From the NCBI GenBank assembly GCA_020725665.1, contig DYEO01000028.1, positions 718 through 64,717 on the forward strand: DNA of 64,000 bases. The letters run 5' to 3'. The notes below the pieces were generated by a model that worked only from the letters and a program-made list of their open reading frames with translations, was not told the origin of the DNA and made no database searches. The first letter of the stretch is position 1. The number at the start of each line of letters is the position of its first letter. Positions 55,892-64,000 of the stretch are shown piece after piece. The DNA comes from Dethiobacter sp. Its GTDB lineage: Bacteria > Bacillota > Dethiobacteria > DTU022 > UBA8154. The translations under genes and the position numbers were made by a program.

Positions 55892-55920
55892 TTTTGACTT
55901 TTGACTTCTGGCTACTGATT
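55892..55920. repeat. short tandem heptamers TTTTGAC x2 followed by a TGGCTAC/TGATTCC relative of TGACTAC
   Basis: gTTTTGACTTTTGACttcTGGCTACTGATT in the divergent intergenic region. Confidence 0.55.
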
Positions 55921-56048
55921 CCGTGTTTCCTTTATTCTATCACTGCGGAAACGACCCTGTAAACTGCTGCAAAGCGCCTCACCTTTTTCTTACGACCGCA
56001 TAGGATCATAGTAAGGTTATTTTCAGATTAGAATAGGGAGTGGGATTT

Positions 56049-57152
56049 ATGAAAAGCAAAGGGCAGGTCCGTAAATTTTTTCCGGGAGCAAACTCCGCTT
56101 ATGGTTTTTATTCTTTCTACGACCAACTTTACGGCCCTGCCTTTGAGAAAGTGTTCATTTTTAAAGGAGGACCGGGTACCGGCAAGTCCTCGCTGCTTCA
56201 CATGATTGGCGAAGAGATGCGCAGCGATGGTTTTGACGTGGAGTATCACTACTGCTCCGCAGCACCCCATTGCCTTGATGCCATCGTAATCCCCGCTGCC
56301 GGTCTGGCCATACTGGATGGTACGGCTCCCCATGTTATGGACCCCCGTTACCCGGGTGCGGTGGAGCAGATTATCAACCTGGGGGCTTTCTGGGACGAAG
56401 CCTATCTTGTAAAGCACAGGGATGCTATTCGCAAACTGGTGGATGAGATCGGGGATCTGTACCGCAAGGCTTACGTTTACCTCTCCGCAGCCAAAGGCTA
56501 CCGGGATGCCGTGGAGAGTTATTACGGCATGAGCAATCATTACTACATAGCGGCACTGGAAAACCTTACCCTGGAGCTTGTGGAGGAAATTTTTGGTGGT
56601 AAGAGCATAAACAAGGCAGAGGCGCGCATGCGCAAACTCTTTGCCTCGGCCATTACTTCGCAGGGTACTATGCATCACCTGGAGAATCTGGTCAATCCCT
56701 TTTCCCTGGTATTTGTCCTTAGCGGGGAGGATGGGAGGAACAAGAAAATCATTATGGAGAGAGTGGCGCAGGCAGCCTTAATGCGCGGTTTTTACGTGGA
56801 GGCCTTTCACTGTGCCCTTGACCCCCGGCATATCGACCACCTGCTTATCCCCGAACTGGAGGTTGCCCTGGTCAATAGTATGGAAGCACACTGCCCGGAG
56901 TTGGGGCAGCTTTACCGCGACGTTGATACCAGCCGCTTTGCGGCAAAGCTGCCGGAGGAAGCGCTCAGGGAGAAAAACGAGTTTTTAAGAAACTACGATC
57001 TGGCCCTGCAAAACGCGGTCACCTTCCTGCATAAAGCCAATCAGCAGCACGACGAACTGGAGCGGTATTATATACCGGCAATGCGCTATGACGGGATTGA
57101 AAAGTTGGGAGAAGAAATACTGGAGAAGATCCGGCGACAGGTGCGTTATTAA
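56049..57152 (+). CDS. uncharacterised P-loop NTPase
   Basis: Walker A GGPGTGKSS near the N-terminus; 367 aa; GGGAGTGGG SD-like context before the ATG. Confidence 0.6.
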   Translation: MKSKGQVRKFFPGANSAYGFYSFYDQLYGPAFEKVFIFKGGPGTGKSSLLHMIGEEMRSDGFDVEYHYCSAAPHCLDAIVIPAAGLAILDGTAPHVMDPRYPGAVEQIINLGAFWDEAYLVKHRDAIRKLVDEIGDLYRKAYVYLSAAKGYRDAVESYYGMSNHYYIAALENLTLELVEEIFGGKSINKAEARMRKLFASAITSQGTMHHLENLVNPFSLVFVLSGEDGRNKKIIMERVAQAALMRGFYVEAFHCALDPRHIDHLLIPELEVALVNSMEAHCPELGQLYRDVDTSRFAAKLPEEALREKNEFLRNYDLALQNAVTFLHKANQQHDELERYYIPAMRYDGIEKLGEEILEKIRRQVRY

Positions 57153-57158
57153 GTAAGT

Positions 57159-57725
57159 TTACCCTGCAATGACTCTGCGAAAGCTCTCCAGCACCTTGGC
57201 GTATTCTTCCTCAATTTGTTGCCTTGTCTCCTGCCACGTTGCCAACCCTTTTATATTAAAACCGGCAATAGCGCTTCCCCTGATCCCGGCACGGGCCAGT
57301 TTCTTGCGCTGCCACTGCGCTGATGTCTCCTCCAGCCGGGAGAGGCTTTCCGCCAGCCGGTGGCGGTACTGGTGATAGAACTCTTCCACCGCGGCGCAGT
57401 TCTGCCGCGTCTGTTCGTCCTTCTTGAGGTATTGCATTGTTTCCAGGACCAGGGGGGTATTCCCCAGGTCCATTTTTACGGCTAATTCCCCAATAAAAGC
57501 ACGCAGGGCCGCCGCCCGGCTTTGTTCCGGGTAGCGTTCCAGTTTTTCCCTTATCTCCTCTTTGCTCGTCTTCCCCTGCAGAAAAGTGCGCCCCAGGACG
57601 GTTGCGGCTTTTATATATTCCTCTTCCTCGTTGAACGCCGCCTTATCCCCTCCGTCCTTTTGCTGTTCCTTCATTCTCTCCATGGCAATCTCCAGCGCAG
57701 ACTTGATACGGTTCACTGCTACCAT
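57159..57725 (-). CDS. hypothetical protein (helical, Glu/Lys-rich)
   Basis: ORF on the minus strand. Start trimmed to MVAVNRIK to avoid the divergent overlap. Confidence 0.45.
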   Translation of the reverse strand: MVAVNRIKSALEIAMERMKEQQKDGGDKAAFNEEEEYIKAATVLGRTFLQGKTSKEEIREKLERYPEQSRAAALRAFIGELAVKMDLGNTPLVLETMQYLKKDEQTRQNCAAVEEFYHQYRHRLAESLSRLEETSAQWQRKKLARAGIRGSAIAGFNIKGLATWQETRQQIEEEYAKVLESFRRVIAG

Positions 57726-57792
57726 CTCCCCTGATTCTATGATATAATTTAAAACATGCTGGTCTTTAATCCATAAAAAGGAGGCAAAACGC

Positions 57793-58482
57793 ATGCAGCT
57801 TACAGGAAAGATCTACTGTTATCCCTGGAAGGGAAACGGTAATAATTGCAATACTTACCTTTATGCCGGAACGAAGACCCTCCTGATCGACCCCGGCCAC
57901 ATCCGCAACGAATTTCGCGTCCACTGCCTGGAGATGCTCCTGAAAGCCATGGCTGCGGATGGTTTTACGCCCGACCGCCTGGACCTCATCCTTTGCACGC
58001 ACAGCCACCCTGACCATTGTGAGGCGGCGGCGGAACTGCAGGAGAAGTATTCCCTTTCCGTGGCCATGCACCGCAACGAGGAAACATACATGGCAAATCT
58101 CTCCCGCTACTTTGAACGCATGACCGGCGCCAGGGCCCGCCTGCCCCGCATCGACATCTACCTGCAAGAGGGAGAACTGGAACTGGGAACGGAGGAAACG
58201 GAGCAGGTACAACTGCTGCTTACACCGGGACACTCTCCCGGATCACTGAGCTTTTATTTCCCCGGTGAGCAGGCCCTTGTTACCGGCGACGCCGTCTTTT
58301 ACGGCAGTATCGGCCGCACTGACTTCCCCGGCGGCAGCCTGCAGGTCCTGGGCGAGAGTGTTGATAAGCTGGCTGCCCTGACCGATGTGGAGTGGCTGCT
58401 GCCCGGGCATATGCAAATTGTACGTGGCCGGGAACAGGTTAAAAATAATTACCGCATGGTCAAACAGATGTTCTTCTATTAG
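57793..58482 (+). CDS. MBL-fold metallo-hydrolase
   Basis: HxHxDH motif (CTHSHPDHCE) and downstream His/Asp ligands. AAAAAGGAGG SD. Confidence 0.85.
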   Translation: MQLTGKIYCYPWKGNGNNCNTYLYAGTKTLLIDPGHIRNEFRVHCLEMLLKAMAADGFTPDRLDLILCTHSHPDHCEAAAELQEKYSLSVAMHRNEETYMANLSRYFERMTGARARLPRIDIYLQEGELELGTEETEQVQLLLTPGHSPGSLSFYFPGEQALVTGDAVFYGSIGRTDFPGGSLQVLGESVDKLAALTDVEWLLPGHMQIVRGREQVKNNYRMVKQMFFY

Positions 58483-58485
58483 GGA

Positions 58486-58635
58486 GAAGCAGGGGGACGG
58501 TTCTCCTGCTTCCCCCCAACGATAAGCATGTTAATGCTAAAAATAAATAACTTATGGTTTTGTTAATTAATTTTTTACAAAGCACTTATTCTCGCTGAGA
58601 AATGTCCGGAAGCAAAAGAACCGTCCCCCTGCTTC
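58486..58635. repeat. 19-bp perfect inverted repeat enclosing a 112-nt AT-rich segment (attenuator- or MITE-like)
   Basis: GAAGCAGGGGGACGGTTCT at 58486-58504 pairs with AGAACCGTCCCCCTGCTTC at 58617-58635. An alternative local 8-bp hairpin forms with 58506-58513. CCTGCTTCCC is directly repeated at both inner/outer junctions. Confidence 0.6.
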
Positions 58636-58668
58636 CCATTTTGCCTTGAAACGGAGCAATAATTCTAC

Positions 58669-59940
58669 ATGGCGGAGCTTAAAAGAGAATTGGGCCTTGT
58701 CGATGTCTTTAGTATTACTGCCGGCTCTATGATCTCGGCAGGGCTTTTCCTCTTACCGGGCATTGCCTTTAATCAGGCCGGTCCCGCCGTAATCCTTTCC
58801 TACTTACTTTCTGGTATGCTGGCCTTTATCGTTATGCTTAGCGCGGCAGAACTGATCACCGCCATGCCCAAGGCGGGAGGCGTTTATTACTTTATCAGTC
58901 GCGGCGCTGGGTTCCCGGCAGGTAGCGTGGCCGGATTTGCCCGCTGGTTTGCCATCAGCCTGAATAGCGCTTTTGCCCTTCTTGGCATCGGCGTGTATGC
59001 TGTTAACTACACAAATATTCCCCTGGTTGTTATTGCCACGGCCTGCGGCCTGTTTTTTATTACCATTAACCTGTTGGGGATTAATCTGGTAGGCCGGGTG
59101 CAGCGCTATTTATTATTCGGGTTGATCGCCCTGCTTTCCTACTATGTTTTTTCCGGCTTACCCGCGATCAGGCCGGAAAGGTTTATTCCCTTCCTGCCTC
59201 ACGGTCCCGCCCCCGTCCTCTCCACAGCGGGATTTATCTTTATCTCCTATGGCGGGCTGCTCGTGATTACCGGCCTGGCGGAAGAGGTAAAAAAGCCCGA
59301 CAGGAACATTCCCCGCGGCATGCTCCTTTCCATCATAACGGTAGGACTTTTATATGTGTTTACTGTGCTCGTTACCGTGGGAGTAATGGATCCTGCAGCC
59401 CTGGGCTCTTCTCTTACCCCCATCTCCGACGGCGCCCGGGTTTTTCTCGGGCTGTATGGGGCCGTTCTTATTATCTTTGCAGCATTTCTGGCCCTGGTTA
59501 CCACCGCCAATGCGGGCATCGCTTCCGCTTCCCGTTACCCCCTGGCCATGAGCCGTGACGGACTGCTGCCCTCATTTTTTCAGCGAGTGGATCCCCACTA
59601 TGCCATTCCCCGTCCGGCGATCCTTGTAACCGGTGCATTTATCACCCTCGTAATCTTATTTATCAGACTTGACCTGCTGGTAAATGTTGCTTCCACATTG
59701 CTGATCATCACCTATATTATGACGAATATCACTTTGCTGCTGGTGCGCAAACGGGGTGGAACTGTATACAAGCCCGGGTTTCGTGCCCCTTTTTACCCCT
59801 GGCTACAGATTACCGGCACGGTAGGCCTGTTTTTTGTCCTTTTCCTGATGGGTATTTTACCCCTGCTCTTCAGCGTTTTTTTCATCCTGGCCGCCCTGGT
59901 CTGGTACTACTGGCGCAGGCAAAAAACAGTTGACAGTTGA
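58669..59940 (+). CDS. APC-family amino acid permease
   Basis: 12-TM permease with an APC signature (FSITAGSMISAGLFLLPG). Confidence 0.85.
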   Translation: MAELKRELGLVDVFSITAGSMISAGLFLLPGIAFNQAGPAVILSYLLSGMLAFIVMLSAAELITAMPKAGGVYYFISRGAGFPAGSVAGFARWFAISLNSAFALLGIGVYAVNYTNIPLVVIATACGLFFITINLLGINLVGRVQRYLLFGLIALLSYYVFSGLPAIRPERFIPFLPHGPAPVLSTAGFIFISYGGLLVITGLAEEVKKPDRNIPRGMLLSIITVGLLYVFTVLVTVGVMDPAALGSSLTPISDGARVFLGLYGAVLIIFAAFLALVTTANAGIASASRYPLAMSRDGLLPSFFQRVDPHYAIPRPAILVTGAFITLVILFIRLDLLVNVASTLLIITYIMTNITLLLVRKRGGTVYKPGFRAPFYPWLQITGTVGLFFVLFLMGILPLLFSVFFILAALVWYYWRRQKTVDS

Positions 59941-59946
59941 CATGCC

Positions 59947-60852
59947 TCACATGGAGCGTAGCCGCTCAATCCTTTTCTGTATGGGGGGATGGGTGGCAAA
60001 AAGTCCGGCGGCTGCCGCCGAACCCCGTGCCTCCAGGGCCGGGTTGACAATGTAGAGGCTCTGCAGGGCCTTGCTGTCGAGGCGCCCCCCCGGCTCCTGC
60101 ATCCCCGCGATTTTCTCCAGCGCAGCGGCCAGCCCTTCCGGGTAGCCGGTCAGTTCCGCCGCCGCCGCATCGGCCAGGTACTCCCGCTGCCGGGAGATGG
60201 CAAACTGCAGGATGCGGGCGAAAATGGGGGCCAGGATGGCCAGCAGGATCACCGCCACCATCACCAGAGCCTGTGCCTTCCCGTCATTGCGCCCGCGATG
60301 TCCTCTTCCCCCGTACCAGAGGCTGCGCCGCGCGATCTCGCTGACGAAGATGATCGTACCGGCGAGTACCACCGCCATGGTGGCGATCAGGATATCATAA
60401 TTGCGGATATGGGAGATCTCGTGGGCGAGCACTCCCTCCAACTCCACCCGGTTCAGCCGCTTGAGCAGCCCCCGCGTTACCGCCACAACGGCCTTGTCCG
60501 GCTTTCTCCCCGCCGCAAAGGCGTTGGGGATGTCGCTTTCAATGATATAGGCCCGGGGCACGGGGATGCCGGCGGCTATGCTGAGTCCCTCCACCGTATG
60601 ATAGAGATACGGCTCCTCCTCCAGGCTCACCGGGCGGGCTCCGGCCATGGCTGTGATGGCATTCTGCCCTCCATAGTAACTGATCAGCATCACCACCAGG
60701 GCAATGACAGCGGCGAGGACAAGCCCGGCTGGCGGTTCACCGAGATAAAGTCCCAGGGCGTAACCCGCCGCCAGGAAAAGGAGAATATAGGTGGAGAAGA
60801 GCAAAAAAGTGCGCCGTTTGTTGGCTCTCATGTGCCCGTAAATCGGCATGAG
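59947..60852 (-). CDS. htpX: M48 zinc metalloprotease HtpX
   Basis: HEISH zinc motif (VLAHEISHIRNYD) plus N-terminal TM helices. Start at the ATG with GAGGAGGG SD. Confidence 0.85.
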   Translation of the reverse strand, partial: LMPIYGHMRANKRRTFLLFSTYILLFLAAGYALGLYLGEPPAGLVLAAVIALVVMLISYYGGQNAITAMAGARPVSLEEEPYLYHTVEGLSIAAGIPVPRAYIIESDIPNAFAAGRKPDKAVVAVTRGLLKRLNRVELEGVLAHEISHIRNYDILIATMAVVLAGTIIFVSEIARRSLWYGGRGHRGRNDGKAQALVMVAVILLAILAPIFARILQFAISRQREYLADAAAAELTGYPEGLAAALEKIAGMQEPGGRLDSKALQSLYIVNPALEARGSAAAAGLFATHPPIQKRIERLRSM

Positions 60853-60944
60853 CATGCGGCTGTCCCTCCTCGTGGGCAGGTTCATGCCTGCCCGATCATC
60901 GTTGCTGTTGCCGGTGATATTGCTGTTGCCGGCAACCCATCCGG

Positions 60945-61499
60945 CTAAAATTCCACTTTGACGGCTTTGCGTGCCTCCTCCTCTTCCACGGCAAAATAAT
61001 CGCGCCCTGTAAATTTAAAGATTCCTGCCAGGACGCTGGTGGGAAAAACCTGGATCGCCGTGTTGTACACCATCACGGAGCGGTTGTAGCGTTGACGCGC
61101 GTAGGCGATCTTGCTTTCGATACCGGAGAGCTCTTCCTGCAGCAGTTTAAAATTCTCGTTGGCCTTCAGCTCGGGATAGTTTTCTGCAACAGCGAAAAGC
61201 GTTTTTAACGCTCCACCCAGCATATTTTCCGCCTCCGCGTTTTCCTTTACCGTGGAGGCGTTCATCCAGGCCGAGCGTGCCTTGGTAATATTTTCGAGCA
61301 CTTCTCTTTCATGTTTTACGTACCCCTTTACCGTATTCACCAGGTTGGGTACCAGGTCGTAACGTTTCTGCAGCAGCGTATCGATATTGTGCCACGCATT
61401 CTCCACCATGTTGCGCTTGCCCACAAGCCGGTTATAAACGGCGATCACGTAGAGAAGCAGCGCCGCGGCGATGATGAGAACGATATGCTGAACCTGCAT
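60945..61499 (-). CDS. lemA: LemA family membrane protein
   Basis: N-terminal TM plus a LemA domain (YNRLVGKRNMVENAWHNIDTLLQKRYDLVPNLV). Confidence 0.85.
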   Translation of the reverse strand: MQVQHIVLIIAAALLLYVIAVYNRLVGKRNMVENAWHNIDTLLQKRYDLVPNLVNTVKGYVKHEREVLENITKARSAWMNASTVKENAEAENMLGGALKTLFAVAENYPELKANENFKLLQEELSGIESKIAYARQRYNRSVMVYNTAIQVFPTSVLAGIFKFTGRDYFAVEEEEARKAVKVEF

Positions 61500-61684
61500 C
61501 TGCCTGCCCCCTCTCGGGATTTTTTTTGCTGCTATAATATTATTCTACCAGGAGTTCCCTAATCCCTGCAATCAGTTCCTCTAATTAATCTTCCCCCCGG
61601 CCCGGTTAAAATTTATGCCGGCGGTTTAAAAAAACAGCGCCGTAAATATATATAAAACAGGACCGACAAGAGAAATCCAACAAA

Positions 61685-62455
61685 ATGCCGGCAAGAGGGA
61701 ATCCCCAAAGAGGCGGACCGCCGCAAAGTCGAAGAGGGTGGTGTTTCGATATAAAATATTTTATTGTTGTTAAACTGCCGCATAAGCCAGTCTTTCTGCT
61801 GCTGGTCCTGAGCATTGCCGCCCTCCTTTTTTACTGGCATTATAAAACTCCCCGCCTTGTGCCGGCCCAGGCTGTCCTCCCCCTTACCGGCCTCGTCTTT
61901 GCCATCGACCCCGGGCACGGGGGCTACGACCCGGGAGCTAAAGGTTACGGCCTTGTAGAAAAGGATGTAGTCCTGGAAATTGGTTTTTTCCTGCGGGATT
62001 ACCTGCAGCAGGGTGGGGCCCGGGTAATCATGACGCGCGACCGGGATAAGGACTTCCTGGCCGCGGCCGGTCCCAAAAAACGCCTGGATATGAGCAACCG
62101 TCTCAGGATCGTGGAGGAGGAGGGGGCGGACCTGCTGGTGAGTATCCATGCCAATTACATTTCATCTTCCCGCTGGCAGGGTTCCCAGGTTTTCTACCAG
62201 GAAGGCAGCAGCGGGGGAAAGGCCCTGGCCGAGTGTATCCAGGCGGAACTGACCCGCGTGCTTAAAAACACGAACCGCCAGGCCAAAAGCGGCAATTTCT
62301 TCATGTTGCGCGAAAGCAGCATGCCCGGCGTGGTGGTAGAGGTGGGTTTCATTTCCAACCCCCAGGAAGCGGAGCTGTTGGGAAAGCCGAAGTACCAGAT
62401 GAAGATGGCCTGGGCCATCTACCTCGGCATCATCGCTTTTCTCACAGCCCCATAA
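61685..62455 (+). CDS. N-acetylmuramoyl-L-alanine amidase (Amidase_3, CwlD-like)
   Basis: AIDPGHGGYDPGA zinc-ligand motif and LLVSIHANY with a single TM; matches germination-specific amidase CwlD. Confidence 0.8.
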   Translation: MPARGNPQRGGPPQSRRGWCFDIKYFIVVKLPHKPVFLLLVLSIAALLFYWHYKTPRLVPAQAVLPLTGLVFAIDPGHGGYDPGAKGYGLVEKDVVLEIGFFLRDYLQQGGARVIMTRDRDKDFLAAAGPKKRLDMSNRLRIVEEEGADLLVSIHANYISSSRWQGSQVFYQEGSSGGKALAECIQAELTRVLKNTNRQAKSGNFFMLRESSMPGVVVEVGFISNPQEAELLGKPKYQMKMAWAIYLGIIAFLTAP

Positions 62456-62567
62456 GTAAAGTGACAGGCTGCATCAATTTTTTTTAACGGATTGTAGGAA
62501 TTCCCCTCTCTCTGGAGAATTAATTAGAAGCATCTATTAGAAGCATCTGTTAGCTGAACGAAGGAGG

Positions 62568-64000
62568 ATGGGTTTTTTGGAACAAATTAAAGAGCAGATT
62601 TGGACAATCAATTATGAAGAAGGGGTCAAAAGATCCTTGCAATATCCTGAAGTAAACGTTTTTCACCTGCTTGAACGTACCGTACGCCGTTATCCGCGCC
62701 GCGTGGCCACCTATTTTGGAGGCTCCACCATGTCCTACAGCGAGCTTTATGCCCATGTGAATAAATTCGCTGCCGCCCTGGCCGGACTGGGCGTGAAAAA
62801 AGGGGACCGGGTGGGGGTCTTTCTGCCCAACTCGCCCCAGGCGGTGATCAGCTATTACGCCCTGATGCGCCTTGGGGTTATTGCCGTAATGATCAACCCT
62901 GTAAACGTGGAGCGGGAACTGCGTTTCCTCATCCGCGATGCGGGCATCAAGGATCTGATCGTGCTCGATACCCTCTACAGGCGGGTCATGAATATCAGGG
63001 ACAAGGTCGAACTGGAAAACCTAATCGTCACGGACAATCACGATTATCTCTCCTTTCCGCACAATATTCTCTACCTCATCAAACAGTACAGTAAGGGGCG
63101 GGCACCCGACATTCCAAAGCGCAAGGGTATCTATTCCTTTACAAAGCTGATACGCAATGCCCCCGATAAACCCCCTGAAGTGGAGGTGGACCCCCGGGAG
63201 GATGTGGCCATCCTCCAGTACACCGGGGGAGTGACGGGAACCCCGAAAGGGGCCATGCTTACCCACTACAACCTGGTGGCCAATACCATGCAGTTCCGCG
63301 AGTGGTTTTCCGCCTTTAAGGAAGGGGAAGAGCGTTTTATGGCCGCCCTGCCCCTGGCCACGACTTACGGCATGACCTGTGTCCTGAATTGCGGCGTTTA
63401 TATCGGCGCCACCCTGGTGCTGGTGCCCCGTTTTTATATCGATTCCATTCTCAAGTTGATCGTGAAAACAAGGCCCACCTTTTTCCCCGGCGTTCCCACC
63501 ATGTACGTGGCTTTTAACAACTACCCCGATATCAAGAAATACGACCTCTCTTCCGTTGCCTACTGGAACTCGGGAGGTGCTCCCCTGCCCCTGGACGTGC
63601 TGGAAAGGTTCGAGCATCTCACAGGCAAGCGCCTGGTTGAGGGTTACGGGCTGGCCGAGACCTCGCCCGTTACCCACTCCAACACGGTGCGCGGCCGCCG
63701 CAAGGTGGGCAGCATCGGCCTGCCCGTATCGGATACGCGGGCAAAGATCGTGGATATGGAAGACGGTCAGCGCGAATTGGGTGCCCATGAAGTGGGTGAG
63801 CTGGTAATCAGCGGGCCTCAGATCATGAAGGGCTACTGGAACAAACCCGATGAGACACAGTATATCCTCAAAGACGGCTGGTTGTACACCGGCGATATCG
63901 CTGAAATGGACGAGGATGGTTTTTTCTATATTATCAACCGTAAGAAGGATATGATTATCTCAGGAGGGTACAATATATATCCCCGGGAAGTGGAGGCGGT
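62568..64000 (+). CDS. fadD: long-chain acyl-CoA synthetase (AMP-binding), 3' end beyond window
   Basis: AAGGAGG SD then ATG at 62568. AMP-binding motif YTGGVTGTPKGAM and later GYGLAETS, YTGD. The ORF is open to the window end. Confidence 0.85.
   Translation, partial: MGFLEQIKEQIWTINYEEGVKRSLQYPEVNVFHLLERTVRRYPRRVATYFGGSTMSYSELYAHVNKFAAALAGLGVKKGDRVGVFLPNSPQAVISYYALMRLGVIAVMINPVNVERELRFLIRDAGIKDLIVLDTLYRRVMNIRDKVELENLIVTDNHDYLSFPHNILYLIKQYSKGRAPDIPKRKGIYSFTKLIRNAPDKPPEVEVDPREDVAILQYTGGVTGTPKGAMLTHYNLVANTMQFREWFSAFKEGEERFMAALPLATTYGMTCVLNCGVYIGATLVLVPRFYIDSILKLIVKTRPTFFPGVPTMYVAFNNYPDIKKYDLSSVAYWNSGGAPLPLDVLERFEHLTGKRLVEGYGLAETSPVTHSNTVRGRRKVGSIGLPVSDTRAKIVDMEDGQRELGAHEVGELVISGPQIMKGYWNKPDETQYILKDGWLYTGDIAEMDEDGFFYIINRKKDMIISGGYNIYPREVEA

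Noticed and set aside
63021-63788. 255-aa minus-strand ORF antisense to fadD
   Set aside because: Overlaps a clearly coding AMP-binding ligase gene. The translation is Gly/His-rich and looks artefactual.

Overview
This window is a GC-rich Firmicutes (Clostridia-like) chromosomal segment. About 38 kb of it (2.3–41 kb) is one large flagellar/chemotaxis gene cluster, in the order flaG-fliD-fliS-fliT | flgB-flgC-fliE-fliF-fliG-fliH-fliI-fliJ-fliK-flgD-(flagellar operon protein)-flgE | motA-motB-fliL-(fliN-like)-fliO-fliP-fliQ-fliR-flhB-flhA-flhF-flhG-(PilZ)-fliA-(swrB-like)-flgF-flgG | fliM-fliN-fliY-cheW-cheA-cheY | cheC-cheD-cheB-cheR. A VapBC toxin-antitoxin pair lies upstream of the cluster. 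Downstream come a 5'-truncated group II intron, a 4-oxalocrotonate tautomerase, iorAB, an MFS transporter, serA, a class V aminotransferase, thrC, a methyltransferase, a pcrB-like gene, a split chrA pair, a metallo-beta-lactamase (MBL) hydrolase, an amino-acid permease, htpX, lemA, a CwlD-like amidase and the start of an acyl-CoA ligase. Two kinds of feature are not explained by ordinary gene annotation. First, a family of about 11 REP-like GC-rich palindromes (GTAGGGGCGG-loop-CCGCCC(CTAC)) sits at operon boundaries. Second, several families of short tandem heptamer repeats (TTTYGAC, TGACTAC, CAACCTC, GGAAGTT, CCTTAGA) occur almost exclusively in intergenic gaps at transcription-unit ends. Other notable points are a +1 frameshift in cheR inside a T10 homopolymer, a 5'-truncated group II intron (RT motif 5 onward plus domain V) abutting the cheR stop and followed by three tandem REP copies, an intergenic C11 tract, a 19-bp perfect inverted repeat enclosing a 112-nt AT-rich segment upstream of a permease, and three FliN/SpoA-domain paralogues. 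The many antisense ORFs in the track look like GC-content artefacts.
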